DNA of 64,000 bases from Opitutales bacterium. GTDB lineage: Bacteria > Verrucomicrobiota > Verrucomicrobiia > Opitutales > PNEW01. The notes below the pieces were generated by a model. It ran no database searches. It worked only from the letters and a program-made list of their open reading frames with translations, and was not told where the DNA came from. The stretch spans positions 960,001-1,024,000 of the forward strand of contig CBDANS010000006.1 of assembly GCA_965197745.1 (NCBI GenBank), read 5' to 3'. The translations under genes and the position numbers were made by a program. This document shows, in pieces, positions 42,929-52,332 of the stretch. The stretch's first letter is position 1. Every line of letters starts with the position of its first letter.

Positions 42929-43570
42929 TCAGGGCGATAACCGTTCAAGATTCCAGGTATTATCTTTATGCCGGCTATACAGAAACCGGTCGTGCATGCG
43001 GTCGGGACGCCCATTCCAAAATTCCATACTTCGCGGTGTAACACGGTAGCCACCCCAGAACGAGGGCAATGGAATATCTCCATCGGCAAACTTTCGCTTA
43101 ATTTCCATGAACTTTTCTTCAAGGAGTTGTCGGGATGCAATGACACTGCTTTGACGGGATGCCCACGCTCCTAATTGGCTGCCAGGGGTCCGCGTGACAA
43201 AGTATTTCAGCGATTCGGCCGAAGAGATTTTTTTTGCCGTCCCAAGAATAATAACCTGACGATGAAGCGGTAACCAATGGAAGAGAAGAGCGACTTTGGG
43301 GTTATTGGCAATCTGTCCGGCCTTCGTACTTTCTTGATTGGTGAAAAAAACAAAGCCGCGCGCATCAACCCCTTTGAGCAATACGGTGCGAAGGGAGGGT
43401 TGACCCTCTCGTGAAACAGTACTCAAGGCCATCGCCGTTGCTTCAAGCGGCCCAAGCTTACAGGCTTCTTCATACCACACTGAAAACTGTTTAACCGGAT
43501 CTTTATCTAAATCCTTTTTCCTCAGTCCTACATTCGTGTACTCCGGTACTTTATCTGTTTCCTTTTCCAT
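42929..43570 (-). CDS. pdxH: Pyridoxine/pyridoxamine 5'-phosphate oxidase
   Basis: RTVLLKG, SQLGAWASRQS, WGGYRV, EFWNGRPDRMHDR, ERLSP. Confidence 0.95.
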   Translation of the reverse strand: MEKETDKVPEYTNVGLRKKDLDKDPVKQFSVWYEEACKLGPLEATAMALSTVSREGQPSLRTVLLKGVDARGFVFFTNQESTKAGQIANNPKVALLFHWLPLHRQVIILGTAKKISSAESLKYFVTRTPGSQLGAWASRQSSVIASRQLLEEKFMEIKRKFADGDIPLPSFWGGYRVTPRSMEFWNGRPDRMHDRFLYSRHKDNTWNLERLSP

Positions 43571-43632
43571 AAAAAAAATTCCTCTTCGAAGCTGCTAGTA
43601 AAAATGTCTCTGTGTTAAAGTTGGCGCACGAA

Positions 43633-43662
43633 TAGCTTCGTCGCTACACTCTCCACAATGAC
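43633..43662 (-). repeat. Degenerate GTCATTGCGAG-type repeat half
   Basis: TAGCTTCGTCGCTACACTCTCCACAATGAC resembles 34853-34882. Confidence 0.5.
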
Positions 43663-43732
43663 TATAGGTGCGAAGAAGCAATTTATAATTAAACTAAGAT
43701 TCCATCAGCTGACAAATCCTTTTGATTTAAGA

Positions 43733-44872
43733 TTACCCTGCTTCGTAAACAATCCGGTAGATAACACCCGCGTGATCATCCGATACGAGCATGGACCCGT
43801 CAGGCATAACTTCTACGTCAACGGGTCGCCCCCACACCTTGCCCCCGGGTTGAAGCCAGCCCGTGGCAAAGGGTTCATAACCTGCCGATCGATTATTTTC
43901 CAGGCGCACTAACATGATTCGATAACCAATTTTATTTTTGCGGTTCCATGACCCGTGCTCCGCAATAAAAATCTGCTTTTGATATTTTCCCGGAAACATT
44001 GCGCCGGTATAAAACCTCATCCCTATTGCCGCGACATGAGGCCCCAGTTCCTGCACCGGCAATGTTATATTATGCTCACCCGCGCCATGTCCAAACCGGG
44101 GATCGGAAATATCCTTTCCATGGAGATGGGGGTAGCCAAAATGCAAACCGGGTTCCGGCGCTCGATTAAGCTCATCAGGGGGAATGTCATCTCCCAGCCA
44201 GTCACGCCCGTTGTCCGTAAACCAAAGATCCCCAGTATCAGGATGCCAGTCAAATCCCACCGTGTTACGAATTCCCCTGGCGAAAATTTCCAACTTGGAT
44301 CCATCGGCATTCATACGCATGATGCTGCCGTAAGGATCACCGCGGTCACAGATGTTGCAGGGTACCCCCACCGGGACATATAACCGGTCGTCCGGACTGA
44401 AGCGAATAAACTTCCAGCCGTGATACTTATCTCTCGGAAAACTTTTGTTTACGACTGAGGGTTTAGGGGGGGCTTCTAATTGATTTTCGATATTTGAGAA
44501 TTTTATCACCCGGTTAACTTCGGCCACATAAAGATCCCCCTCGCGAAAGGCGACCCCATTAGGCATATTAAGCCCTGCAACCAGTTTGTAAACGCGGTCG
44601 GCGCTGAAGTCGCCATTGTCATCGACAACGGCATAGACCGTACCGCGTTCCTGGGTTCCAACGAAAAGTGTTCCCTTGGGGCTGAGACACAAAGAACGGG
44701 CCTTAGGCACATTGTCTGCATAAATATCAATGCTGAACCCCGGTGGAAGTTTTATTTCGTCGAGCGGAAGATCACTCGCAAATAGAGGTTTCGGTGAAAA
44801 CTGAATACTTAGCGCCAGCAAGCATATGCCAGTTATAAATTGCGCCCCCCCCTCGGTACGAAAATTATTCAT
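43733..44872 (-). CDS. PQQ-dependent sugar/sorbosone dehydrogenase family protein
   Basis: Signal peptide, GIRNTVGFDWHP, DNGRDW, EHGSWNR, GRPVDV. Confidence 0.9.
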   Translation of the reverse strand: MNNFRTEGGAQFITGICLLALSIQFSPKPLFASDLPLDEIKLPPGFSIDIYADNVPKARSLCLSPKGTLFVGTQERGTVYAVVDDNGDFSADRVYKLVAGLNMPNGVAFREGDLYVAEVNRVIKFSNIENQLEAPPKPSVVNKSFPRDKYHGWKFIRFSPDDRLYVPVGVPCNICDRGDPYGSIMRMNADGSKLEIFARGIRNTVGFDWHPDTGDLWFTDNGRDWLGDDIPPDELNRAPEPGLHFGYPHLHGKDISDPRFGHGAGEHNITLPVQELGPHVAAIGMRFYTGAMFPGKYQKQIFIAEHGSWNRKNKIGYRIMLVRLENNRSAGYEPFATGWLQPGGKVWGRPVDVEVMPDGSMLVSDDHAGVIYRIVYEAG

Positions 44873-45017
44873 TTCATTTTATCAATGATGGAGTGCATAC
44901 AAGAGTGCAAGGAGAAGACAATCTCCCCTTAATTTTTAAAACCGCATATCCTTATTTATGCCACGCTTTCTATTTGCACAATCGGATCGAGATGATTAAT
45001 AACAAGAAAATACATTT

Positions 45018-45680
45018 ATGAGCCGCACTAATTATTTATTAGAAGATAAAATCTATGATTACTTGAAGGCCTTATCTTTAAGAGAGCCCCCTCTCTTAAA
45101 ACGCTTACGCGAGGAAACGGCAATACTTCCCATGGCGGTAATGCAGGTTGCGCCCGAGCAGGGTCAGTTCATGGCCTTACTGGCAAAACTTACTGGCGTT
45201 CATAATGCCATTGAATTAGGTGTTTTTACCGGCTACAGCAGTCTGGCTGTCGCTCTTGTTCTCCCCCCAGACGGCCGCCTTATCGCCTGCGATATTAACG
45301 ACGAATACACGAATATCGCCAAACGTTACTGGGATGAAGCCGGCGTTGCAGAGAAGATCGACCTCCGCCTGGGGCCCGCTCTCGATACCCTGGACGAATT
45401 GCTCAAAGCAGGAGAAGCGGGAAATTTTGACTTTGCTTTTCTTGATGCCGACAAAGTTGAATACGCCGATTATTTTGAGCGATGTCTCAAATTGCTTCGT
45501 GCCGGCGGGCTTATCCTCGTTGACAACGTGTTTGGGTTTGGAAAAGTTTTCGATGAAGCAAATACCGACGAAAGTGTCCGGGCAATCAGTGCATTTAATA
45601 ATAAACTCCTCACTGATGCTCGCGTCGATATCAGCATTATCCCGATGGGAGACGGTCTTACCCTCGCCCGTAAAAACTGA
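45018..45680 (+). CDS. O-methyltransferase (caffeoyl-CoA OMT/Methyltransf_3 family)
   Basis: ELGVFTGYS, FDFAFLDADK, LVDNV, GDGLTLARK. Confidence 0.92.
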   Translation: MSRTNYLLEDKIYDYLKALSLREPPLLKRLREETAILPMAVMQVAPEQGQFMALLAKLTGVHNAIELGVFTGYSSLAVALVLPPDGRLIACDINDEYTNIAKRYWDEAGVAEKIDLRLGPALDTLDELLKAGEAGNFDFAFLDADKVEYADYFERCLKLLRAGGLILVDNVFGFGKVFDEANTDESVRAISAFNNKLLTDARVDISIIPMGDGLTLARKN

Positions 45681-45686
45681 CCCCCG

Positions 45687-47270
45687 ATGATTACCTGGGA
45701 TCAGCCCTACCCTTCGCGTCGCCGTCCGGTACTGGCCGCAAATGTGGTCTCCACCTCTCAACCACTGGCGGCCCAGGCAGGATTGCAAATGCTTCATGAC
45801 GGAGGCAATGCGGTGGACGCGGCTCTGGCTGCGGCGATGGCTTTGACCGTGTTGGAACCCATAAGCTGCGGTATTGGCGGCGATCTATTCGCAATTGTTT
45901 GGGATGGGAAAAAGCTTCATGGTCTGAATGCTTCGGGCCGTTCTCCAGCCGCGTGGACTCCTGAATATTTTACCGCTTACGATACGATGCCAACTAAAGG
46001 TTGGGACGCGATAAATGTTCCGGGCGTAGTCTCAGGGTGGGTCGCTTTAAGTGAAAAGTTTGGGAAACTGCCATTGGGAAAAATAGGGACTCCCGCCTCC
46101 ACTTATGCCTCTGAAGGATTTCCCGTTTCCCCGGGTATCTCAAACGATTGGGTCAATCATGGAATCCCCAATAAAGACACCCCGGGATTTGCCGAATCGT
46201 TTCTCATCAATGGAAAGGCTCCTGCTCCGGGGGAAACTTTTTGTCACCCGGCACAAGCGGAAACGCTTCAAGCCATTGCGGAGTCTAAAGGTGAAACGTT
46301 TTATCGCGGCGATTTAGCCGCTAAAATAGCCGCTTTTTCGAGAGAATGTGGTGGGGTAATGACCGAAGCGGATCTCGCCGAACATGAAGTAACCTGGGTA
46401 GAAACGATCACCATGGATTTCGCCGGGCATACGCTCCACGAAATTCCCCCGAATGGTCAGGGTTTAGCTGCTCTCAGCGCCCTTGGTATTTTAAAGCATA
46501 CTTCAATTGAGAGCATCCCTGTAGATTCCGCTGATTATTTGCATTTGCAAATCGAGGCGATGAAACTGGCGTTTGCCGATACCTACGCCCACGTAGCGGA
46601 CCCGGATTCCATGGTCGTTTCCTGTGATGTTCTGCTCGATTCAGACTATCTCCGCAAGCGCGCAAAACTAATCGACATGCGTCACGCTTCGCAACCTGTC
46701 TGCGAACTAACGCGAAGAGGAGGGACCGTCTATTTAACTGCCGCAGACAGCAGCGGGATGATGGTCTCACTCATCCATTCTCTTTACATGGGATTTGGTT
46801 CAGGGTTTGTCGTTCCCGGGACAGGAATTGCGCTTCAAAATAGGGGTGCTGGATTCACCCTCGAGCCCGGTCATCCCAATCAAGTAGGTCCGCGTAAATT
46901 ACCATTTCATACTATCATCCCCGCATTCGTCACAAAACAAGATCAACCTCTCCTAAGCTTCGGCGTAATGGGAGGTGACATGCAAGCGCAAGGGCATTTG
47001 CAATTTTTAACGCGGCTCGCACTCCATAATCAAAATCCGCAAACCGCCCTCGATGCCCCGCGTTTCAAAGTGCTCAATGATCGCAGTCTTTGCCTTGAAG
47101 AATTTATCGCCCCTGATGTTGTCCATGATCTGGAAAAACGCGGCCATAAAATTACCCAGTCAGACTCCGCCGTATTCTATGGTGGCGGGCAAGCAATTTA
47201 CCGGCTGGAATCCGGTAAGTACCTTGGCGCCTCAGATCCGCGAAGGGATGGCCAGGCTGTTGGTTTCTGA
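45687..47270 (+). CDS. ggt: Gamma-glutamyltransferase family protein (no signal peptide, YwrD-like)
   Basis: GGNAVDAA, N-terminal nucleophile Thr in GGTVYLTAAD, PFHTIIP, GVMGG, SDPRRDG. Confidence 0.9.
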   Translation: MITWDQPYPSRRRPVLAANVVSTSQPLAAQAGLQMLHDGGNAVDAALAAAMALTVLEPISCGIGGDLFAIVWDGKKLHGLNASGRSPAAWTPEYFTAYDTMPTKGWDAINVPGVVSGWVALSEKFGKLPLGKIGTPASTYASEGFPVSPGISNDWVNHGIPNKDTPGFAESFLINGKAPAPGETFCHPAQAETLQAIAESKGETFYRGDLAAKIAAFSRECGGVMTEADLAEHEVTWVETITMDFAGHTLHEIPPNGQGLAALSALGILKHTSIESIPVDSADYLHLQIEAMKLAFADTYAHVADPDSMVVSCDVLLDSDYLRKRAKLIDMRHASQPVCELTRRGGTVYLTAADSSGMMVSLIHSLYMGFGSGFVVPGTGIALQNRGAGFTLEPGHPNQVGPRKLPFHTIIPAFVTKQDQPLLSFGVMGGDMQAQGHLQFLTRLALHNQNPQTALDAPRFKVLNDRSLCLEEFIAPDVVHDLEKRGHKITQSDSAVFYGGGQAIYRLESGKYLGASDPRRDGQAVGF

Positions 47271-47363
47271 ATCCACCCGGTAATCGGATTCAGCTCAGGT
47301 TTTTCCTCATTGGAATTACCACTTCCCTTATAAGGCCGCGTTCCTTAGGTGCCTGACATCAAA

Positions 47364-48131
47364 TCAGCAAGCCGTGAGACGGCCGTAATAAACGACTGTA
47401 TTATAATCAAATACTACTGTCTGATTCTGATTATATTCATCAAATAGTTCACCCAGTTCTTCTATCATTGGCTCGTAATCAGGATGACCCTTTTCCGGAG
47501 TGTAGGAAGAGGAGAGGAGCCGGCCTTTAAGTCCATCATAATCTAAATGCTGCTCATTTTTAAAAGTGTTCATTTGAAAACGGTCATGCCCGAATAATTG
47601 TACCATTTCATCTTTCCCAATGTTCCGATGCACAGACTGATCGTAGTCCGTTCCATACTTTTGCAGGAGTCCTTCATAACATCTAAGGAACGGATAAGTA
47701 TCTGTCATTCGGTCATTCCATAAAATGAATAGCCACCCTTCAGTTTTGAGAATTCGTTTAAACTCGACTTGGGTTTTTTCGAGGTCGAACCAGTGAACGG
47801 CCTGTGCAGAAGTAATGGCATCGACACTGCGGTCAGGGAGCTCCGTCTCTTCAGCACGTCCGGAAATACTTTTAAAGTTTTCAACCCCGGCAAGCATACG
47901 CTCCGCGGCCATTCGCATTTCACGATTGGGCTCTACCCCCATCACCGTGAATCCACGCTCTAAAAGGCTTTTCGAAAAAATGCCCGTCCCTGAACCCACA
48001 TCGGCAATCACAACATCGGTTGTTGTCTTACAAGATCCTTCTATCAACTCAATTACCTCGATAGGATAGCCGGGGCGGTATTTGACATAATTATCTACTC
48101 GCGTGGAGAATCGTTTAGTAGGATCATGCAT
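47364..48131 (-). CDS. Class I SAM-dependent methyltransferase
   Basis: YVKYRPGYP, ADVGSGTGI, AQAVHWFD. Confidence 0.9.
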   Translation of the reverse strand: MHDPTKRFSTRVDNYVKYRPGYPIEVIELIEGSCKTTTDVVIADVGSGTGIFSKSLLERGFTVMGVEPNREMRMAAERMLAGVENFKSISGRAEETELPDRSVDAITSAQAVHWFDLEKTQVEFKRILKTEGWLFILWNDRMTDTYPFLRCYEGLLQKYGTDYDQSVHRNIGKDEMVQLFGHDRFQMNTFKNEQHLDYDGLKGRLLSSSYTPEKGHPDYEPMIEELGELFDEYNQNQTVVFDYNTVVYYGRLTAC

Positions 48132-48274
48132 CGCTGATTATATAAACCCCCAATGAAATTATATTCTGGTTCTCACTTCAAGACTTTGCGCCCCAATTGA
48201 GAATTCTCATTTTTTACTGGAATTGATTATCTTCCTTAACTAATGCATGCTTTTACTTATTTATTTCATTTATT

Positions 48275-49534
48275 ATGGAAAAGCTTAAATTTTTAACGCG
48301 AGACCAGGCTTTCGCCATCCGCGAGCAATATGGCACCCCTGCCTACATTTATGATGAAGCTACATGCGTCCGCCACGCAGAAGATGCTTTAGCTTTTCCC
48401 CACCCCTATGGCTTGACGATACGCTACGCCATGAAAGCAAACTCCAATGCGTCTATCCTCGGAATCTTTGATCGCCTCGGTCTGCACATCGACGCCAGTT
48501 CCGGATACGAAGTGGAACGCGCGTTAAGAGCGGGTGTGGCTCCAGAAAAGATCAGCCTCAGCAGCCAGGAATTTCCCGATAATTTTAAAGCGTTATATGA
48601 TCAGGGTATGAGTTTCAATGCCTGTTCCTTGAATCAGATTGAACGATTTGGACAGTTGTGTCCTGAACGTGAATTGGGCTTGCGTTTCAATCCCGGGGTT
48701 GGTTCCGGTGGCACCAATAAAACCAATGTCGGTGGACCGTCTTCGAGTTTTGGCATCTGGCACGAGTGGATGGATGAAGTCCAAGCCCTTGTTGCAAAGT
48801 ATCAGCTCAAGGTATTTCGTGTTCACACGCATATCGGTTCGGGAAGCGATCCCGTCGTTTGGCAAAGTGTATCTCAACTAAGCCTGAATATCGTTAAGCA
48901 GTTTCCCGAAGTAACGGTACTCAATCTTGGCGGTGGATACAAGGTCGCGCGCATGGCCGATGAAACGGGCACCGGCTTTCAGAAAATTGGGGCCCCGGTG
49001 CGCGATGCTTTTATTTCACTGGCCAATGAAACCGGACGCCAAATTCACCTCGAAATTGAACCCGGAACCTATCTTGTCGCTAATGCCGGTGCCATCCTTA
49101 CTACCGTTCAAGACATCGTCAGCACAGGTGCTGAAGGTTATAGCTTCCTCAAGCTCGATTCCGGGATGACGGAAATACTGCGCCCTTCACATTACGGCGC
49201 CCAGCACCCATTAATAATTATTCCGCAAAAGGTTACCGGGCGAACCGCGAATTACATTGCCGTCGGTCACTGCTGTGAATCCGGTGACCTCATCACCCCG
49301 GCATCCGGCACTACGGATGTTTTGCAGGCGCGTGAACTGGCCGAATCATCAATCGGAGATCTTTGTGTAATAGAAGGAGCGGGCGCCTACTGTACAAGCA
49401 TGCCGGCAAAAAATTATAATTCTTTCCCGGAAGCTGCTGAAGTGCTCATCAGATCGAACGGTGATATTCAGCAGATCCGTAAACGGCAAACACTTCAGCA
49501 AATGGTAGTAAATGAATTAACGCTTGATAGCTAA
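48275..49534 (+). CDS. lysA: Diaminopimelate decarboxylase
   Basis: YAMKAN (PLP Lys), HTHIGSG, NLGGG, EPGTY, CESGD, GAY. Confidence 0.9.
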   Translation: MEKLKFLTRDQAFAIREQYGTPAYIYDEATCVRHAEDALAFPHPYGLTIRYAMKANSNASILGIFDRLGLHIDASSGYEVERALRAGVAPEKISLSSQEFPDNFKALYDQGMSFNACSLNQIERFGQLCPERELGLRFNPGVGSGGTNKTNVGGPSSSFGIWHEWMDEVQALVAKYQLKVFRVHTHIGSGSDPVVWQSVSQLSLNIVKQFPEVTVLNLGGGYKVARMADETGTGFQKIGAPVRDAFISLANETGRQIHLEIEPGTYLVANAGAILTTVQDIVSTGAEGYSFLKLDSGMTEILRPSHYGAQHPLIIIPQKVTGRTANYIAVGHCCESGDLITPASGTTDVLQARELAESSIGDLCVIEGAGAYCTSMPAKNYNSFPEAAEVLIRSNGDIQQIRKRQTLQQMVVNELTLDS

Positions 49535-49589
49535 ACGTTAATTCACAGCTCTCGCTGACCATACATGTATCCTTTTTATTTCCCGACTT

Positions 49590-51083
49590 ATGTCAGGTTT
49601 AAATTATAATTTTCCCCTCGGTGCCCGTATCCCGGACAGCATGCATAGCGTGGTCTGCAGCATTCCTACCGTTGCCGACGTCAGGGGATATGAAGAGAAA
49701 GATCCGGAAACGCTGTCTGTGATAAAAGCCGCATACCCGAGATTTTTCAGGCACGAATATCTCCAATTGATAGACAGGCACGTGAGACAAAAGCACGGCT
49801 TGCCAGGCAGGGTCTTCTACCCCCTGACCTCGCTGCGCTCTGCCGAGGAAATGGTAAACTATTGTGGTCATGATCAAGCGGCGATATTAGAAACTGAAGA
49901 TCTATTCGGGGTGCACGTTCAAGAAGAAACCGAATCCTGCTCGCGCGCCTGGTCATTCCTGCAGCATACCGGTTGTGCCGTTTCATCACGTCAAGCTGAG
50001 GACTGGCTCAATAAACACGCTCTCTTAAATTCAATTGGAGAAGAGCCTTATTTTGAAGGTAACGCCGATATGCGCACGAGTGAGTCGCTGCGCGCCATTT
50101 ACGGTTTAGAATCAGTAGATGATATACTGTTATGCAACTCGGGCATGAATGCCTTCTATGCCTCCTACCGCGCCATTAGTGAATTTCAAAAATCAAGAGG
50201 GAAAAATAAATGGCTGCAACTTGGCTGGTTATATGTCGATACCGGACTCATCCTTGAAAAATTCAGCGAGACAGAGCCGATAATCCACTTTGATCTATTT
50301 AATTTCGATGGATTGCGTAAGATTTTTGCAGAGCATGGAAATGAAATAGCCGGTATCATTACGGAAGTGCCAACTAATCCTCTCCTGCAAACCAGCGATA
50401 TCGAAGAACTCCAAAATCTCGCTGAAAAGCATAATGCTGTTCTTATTCTCGACCCGACATTAGCCAGCCCCTGTAATATCGATATCCTGCCTTATGCCGA
50501 CTTAGTCATCAACAGTTTGACAAAGTATGCCGCCAGTGAAGGAGACGTCTTGAGTGGCGCGGCTATTTTCAACCCCGCGTCTTCTTTCCATGAAGAACTA
50601 AAGACCAATCTGCCCCACCATCACGAACCTCCCTATTCACGCGACCTCCAGCGTTTGGCTCAGGAGATTGAAGCCTATCCGCAATACGTTGAGAAAGTAA
50701 ACCGTAATGTCAGTGCCTTAGCTCCATTCCTGGAAACACACCCTTCCATAAAAAAGGTTTATTGGTCCTACGAAGAGCAATCGCACTCTAATTATGAAAA
50801 AATCGCGCGCACCGCGGATTCCCCCGGATGCATGCTGACCATCTTTCTCAATAAACCCCTGGCAGATTTTTACGACCGGGTGAAAACAGTTAAAGGTCCG
50901 AGTTTCGGCACGAACTTTACCTTGATGTGTCCGTTTATGCATCTGGCACATTACGATCTCGTCAGTAAAAAAGCGGGGCGGGATTACCTTTGGAGTCTCA
51001 ACCTCGATCCCGATCTCGTGCGAATCTCCGTGGGAACGGAAGATCCCGTCGCCATTATTGAAACCTTTACCGAAGCGCTTTAA
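49590..51083 (+). CDS. Cys/Met-metabolism PLP enzyme (cystathionine gamma-synthase-like, long form)
   Basis: SGMNA, EVPTNPLL, SLTKY (PLP Lys), KGPSFGTNFTL, RISVGTE. Confidence 0.85.
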   Translation: MSGLNYNFPLGARIPDSMHSVVCSIPTVADVRGYEEKDPETLSVIKAAYPRFFRHEYLQLIDRHVRQKHGLPGRVFYPLTSLRSAEEMVNYCGHDQAAILETEDLFGVHVQEETESCSRAWSFLQHTGCAVSSRQAEDWLNKHALLNSIGEEPYFEGNADMRTSESLRAIYGLESVDDILLCNSGMNAFYASYRAISEFQKSRGKNKWLQLGWLYVDTGLILEKFSETEPIIHFDLFNFDGLRKIFAEHGNEIAGIITEVPTNPLLQTSDIEELQNLAEKHNAVLILDPTLASPCNIDILPYADLVINSLTKYAASEGDVLSGAAIFNPASSFHEELKTNLPHHHEPPYSRDLQRLAQEIEAYPQYVEKVNRNVSALAPFLETHPSIKKVYWSYEEQSHSNYEKIARTADSPGCMLTIFLNKPLADFYDRVKTVKGPSFGTNFTLMCPFMHLAHYDLVSKKAGRDYLWSLNLDPDLVRISVGTEDPVAIIETFTEAL

Positions 51084-51158
51084 AGCTATTTTTTCTTCTG
51101 TCCCTCCCTGAGGAATATTTTTAAACCGCCCGTTAAGTTTTACCGATTAACGGTAGCA

Positions 51159-52280
51159 TCAATTTTTTGGTGACGTGATCATACTTTGAATGATTGCTAT
51201 CTCTTTTGCGTCGTAAGGCATTCCATCATTCTGCAGTAAATCATGGCCCCAGACGTCTTCACATTCGGAGACTTTACCAAAGGTGTGCTGGCAATGACAT
51301 TGCGAACGACCGTTAGCCATTCCCCAATGAAAGCAGCCGACATTTTCCTCTTTATAAAACGGCAGGTGTGATTCGAACTTGCTACCCATCTGTCTTGCTA
51401 ACCATTCCGTGCAGAGGACGGGTCGATCGAAGCTTCGGCAAAAGGTTAATCGTTTTTTTTCTCCCATGGGGATGACTCCCAATTCTTTTTGCTTCTCCGT
51501 TAATGGGGCATCGCTTGTTTCCAGTCGACCATAGTGGTGGTAAGTAATAATATCCGAACAATCCATCCAGCGTTTGCCGTAGGTTACGCCCGTTTCACTG
51601 TTCGACCACCATGCAACAGTAAGCGGTTGCCTGGAATTAATTTCTCTAGCCCAGATAAAAGCGGCATCAACGAGGTCATCGGTCTTGCCCCAGGCCATGC
51701 CATCGTAGCCCCCGGGCTCGTTATACAGATCCCAGGCATAAATTTTTTCATCGTTGGCATAGTGGGTAATGATTTCCTTTACATACTCCTCGAGTACCGG
51801 TCACTGGTTTTTATCCTGGGCAGTATCGTGTCCGGGACTGGGAGTGAAACTCGAGGCAATACAGCCGGGGACTGGATCCTTCTGTTTTCCAAGATACGGC
51901 TCAGTGATGTGAGGTTCACTGGCCGAAGTAAACGAACAGTCGTCGAAATGACAGGGCATCACCGTAAGACGGTGCTTTCCCGCGATTTCAAGAAAGCGAT
52001 CGAACCTGTCCAGGAACCCCTGCCGATCATGCTTCCAAACAAGAAATTGCATAATGGTGCGAAGGGAGTTGAAACCTATATCGGCTGCCCATTTCAATTC
52101 GCGGTCAATGATTTTAGAATCGAAAGCTTCGCTCTGCCACATTTCAGTAAAATTTACGGCGTAGCCGGGTATATAGTTAAACCCCAGTGTCCAGGGTTGA
52201 GCTTCATACCATTGGCGCGCCTTTTCCGCAGGCCAACGCCAGCTCTTAAGCGCGCGCAAATCCTCTTTTTTTAATGGCAT
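51159..52280 (-). pseudogene. Clan GH-A (GH5-like) glycoside hydrolase interrupted by one in-frame TGA
   Basis: ORFs 51801-52280 and 51159-51698 share a frame. Read-through gives DKNQ*PVLEEYV...WDLYNEPG (acid/base NEP) and later CTEWLAR (nucleophile). Confidence 0.85.
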
Positions 52281-52332
52281 GAATACTTATGTCACTTCAC
52301 CCATTTCAATCGTATCACCTGTTTCGGATTGT

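Noticed and set aside
45216..52274. Long antisense ORFs (for example 45216-45797 and 51534-52274)
   Set aside because: They lie opposite well-supported genes and show no motifs.
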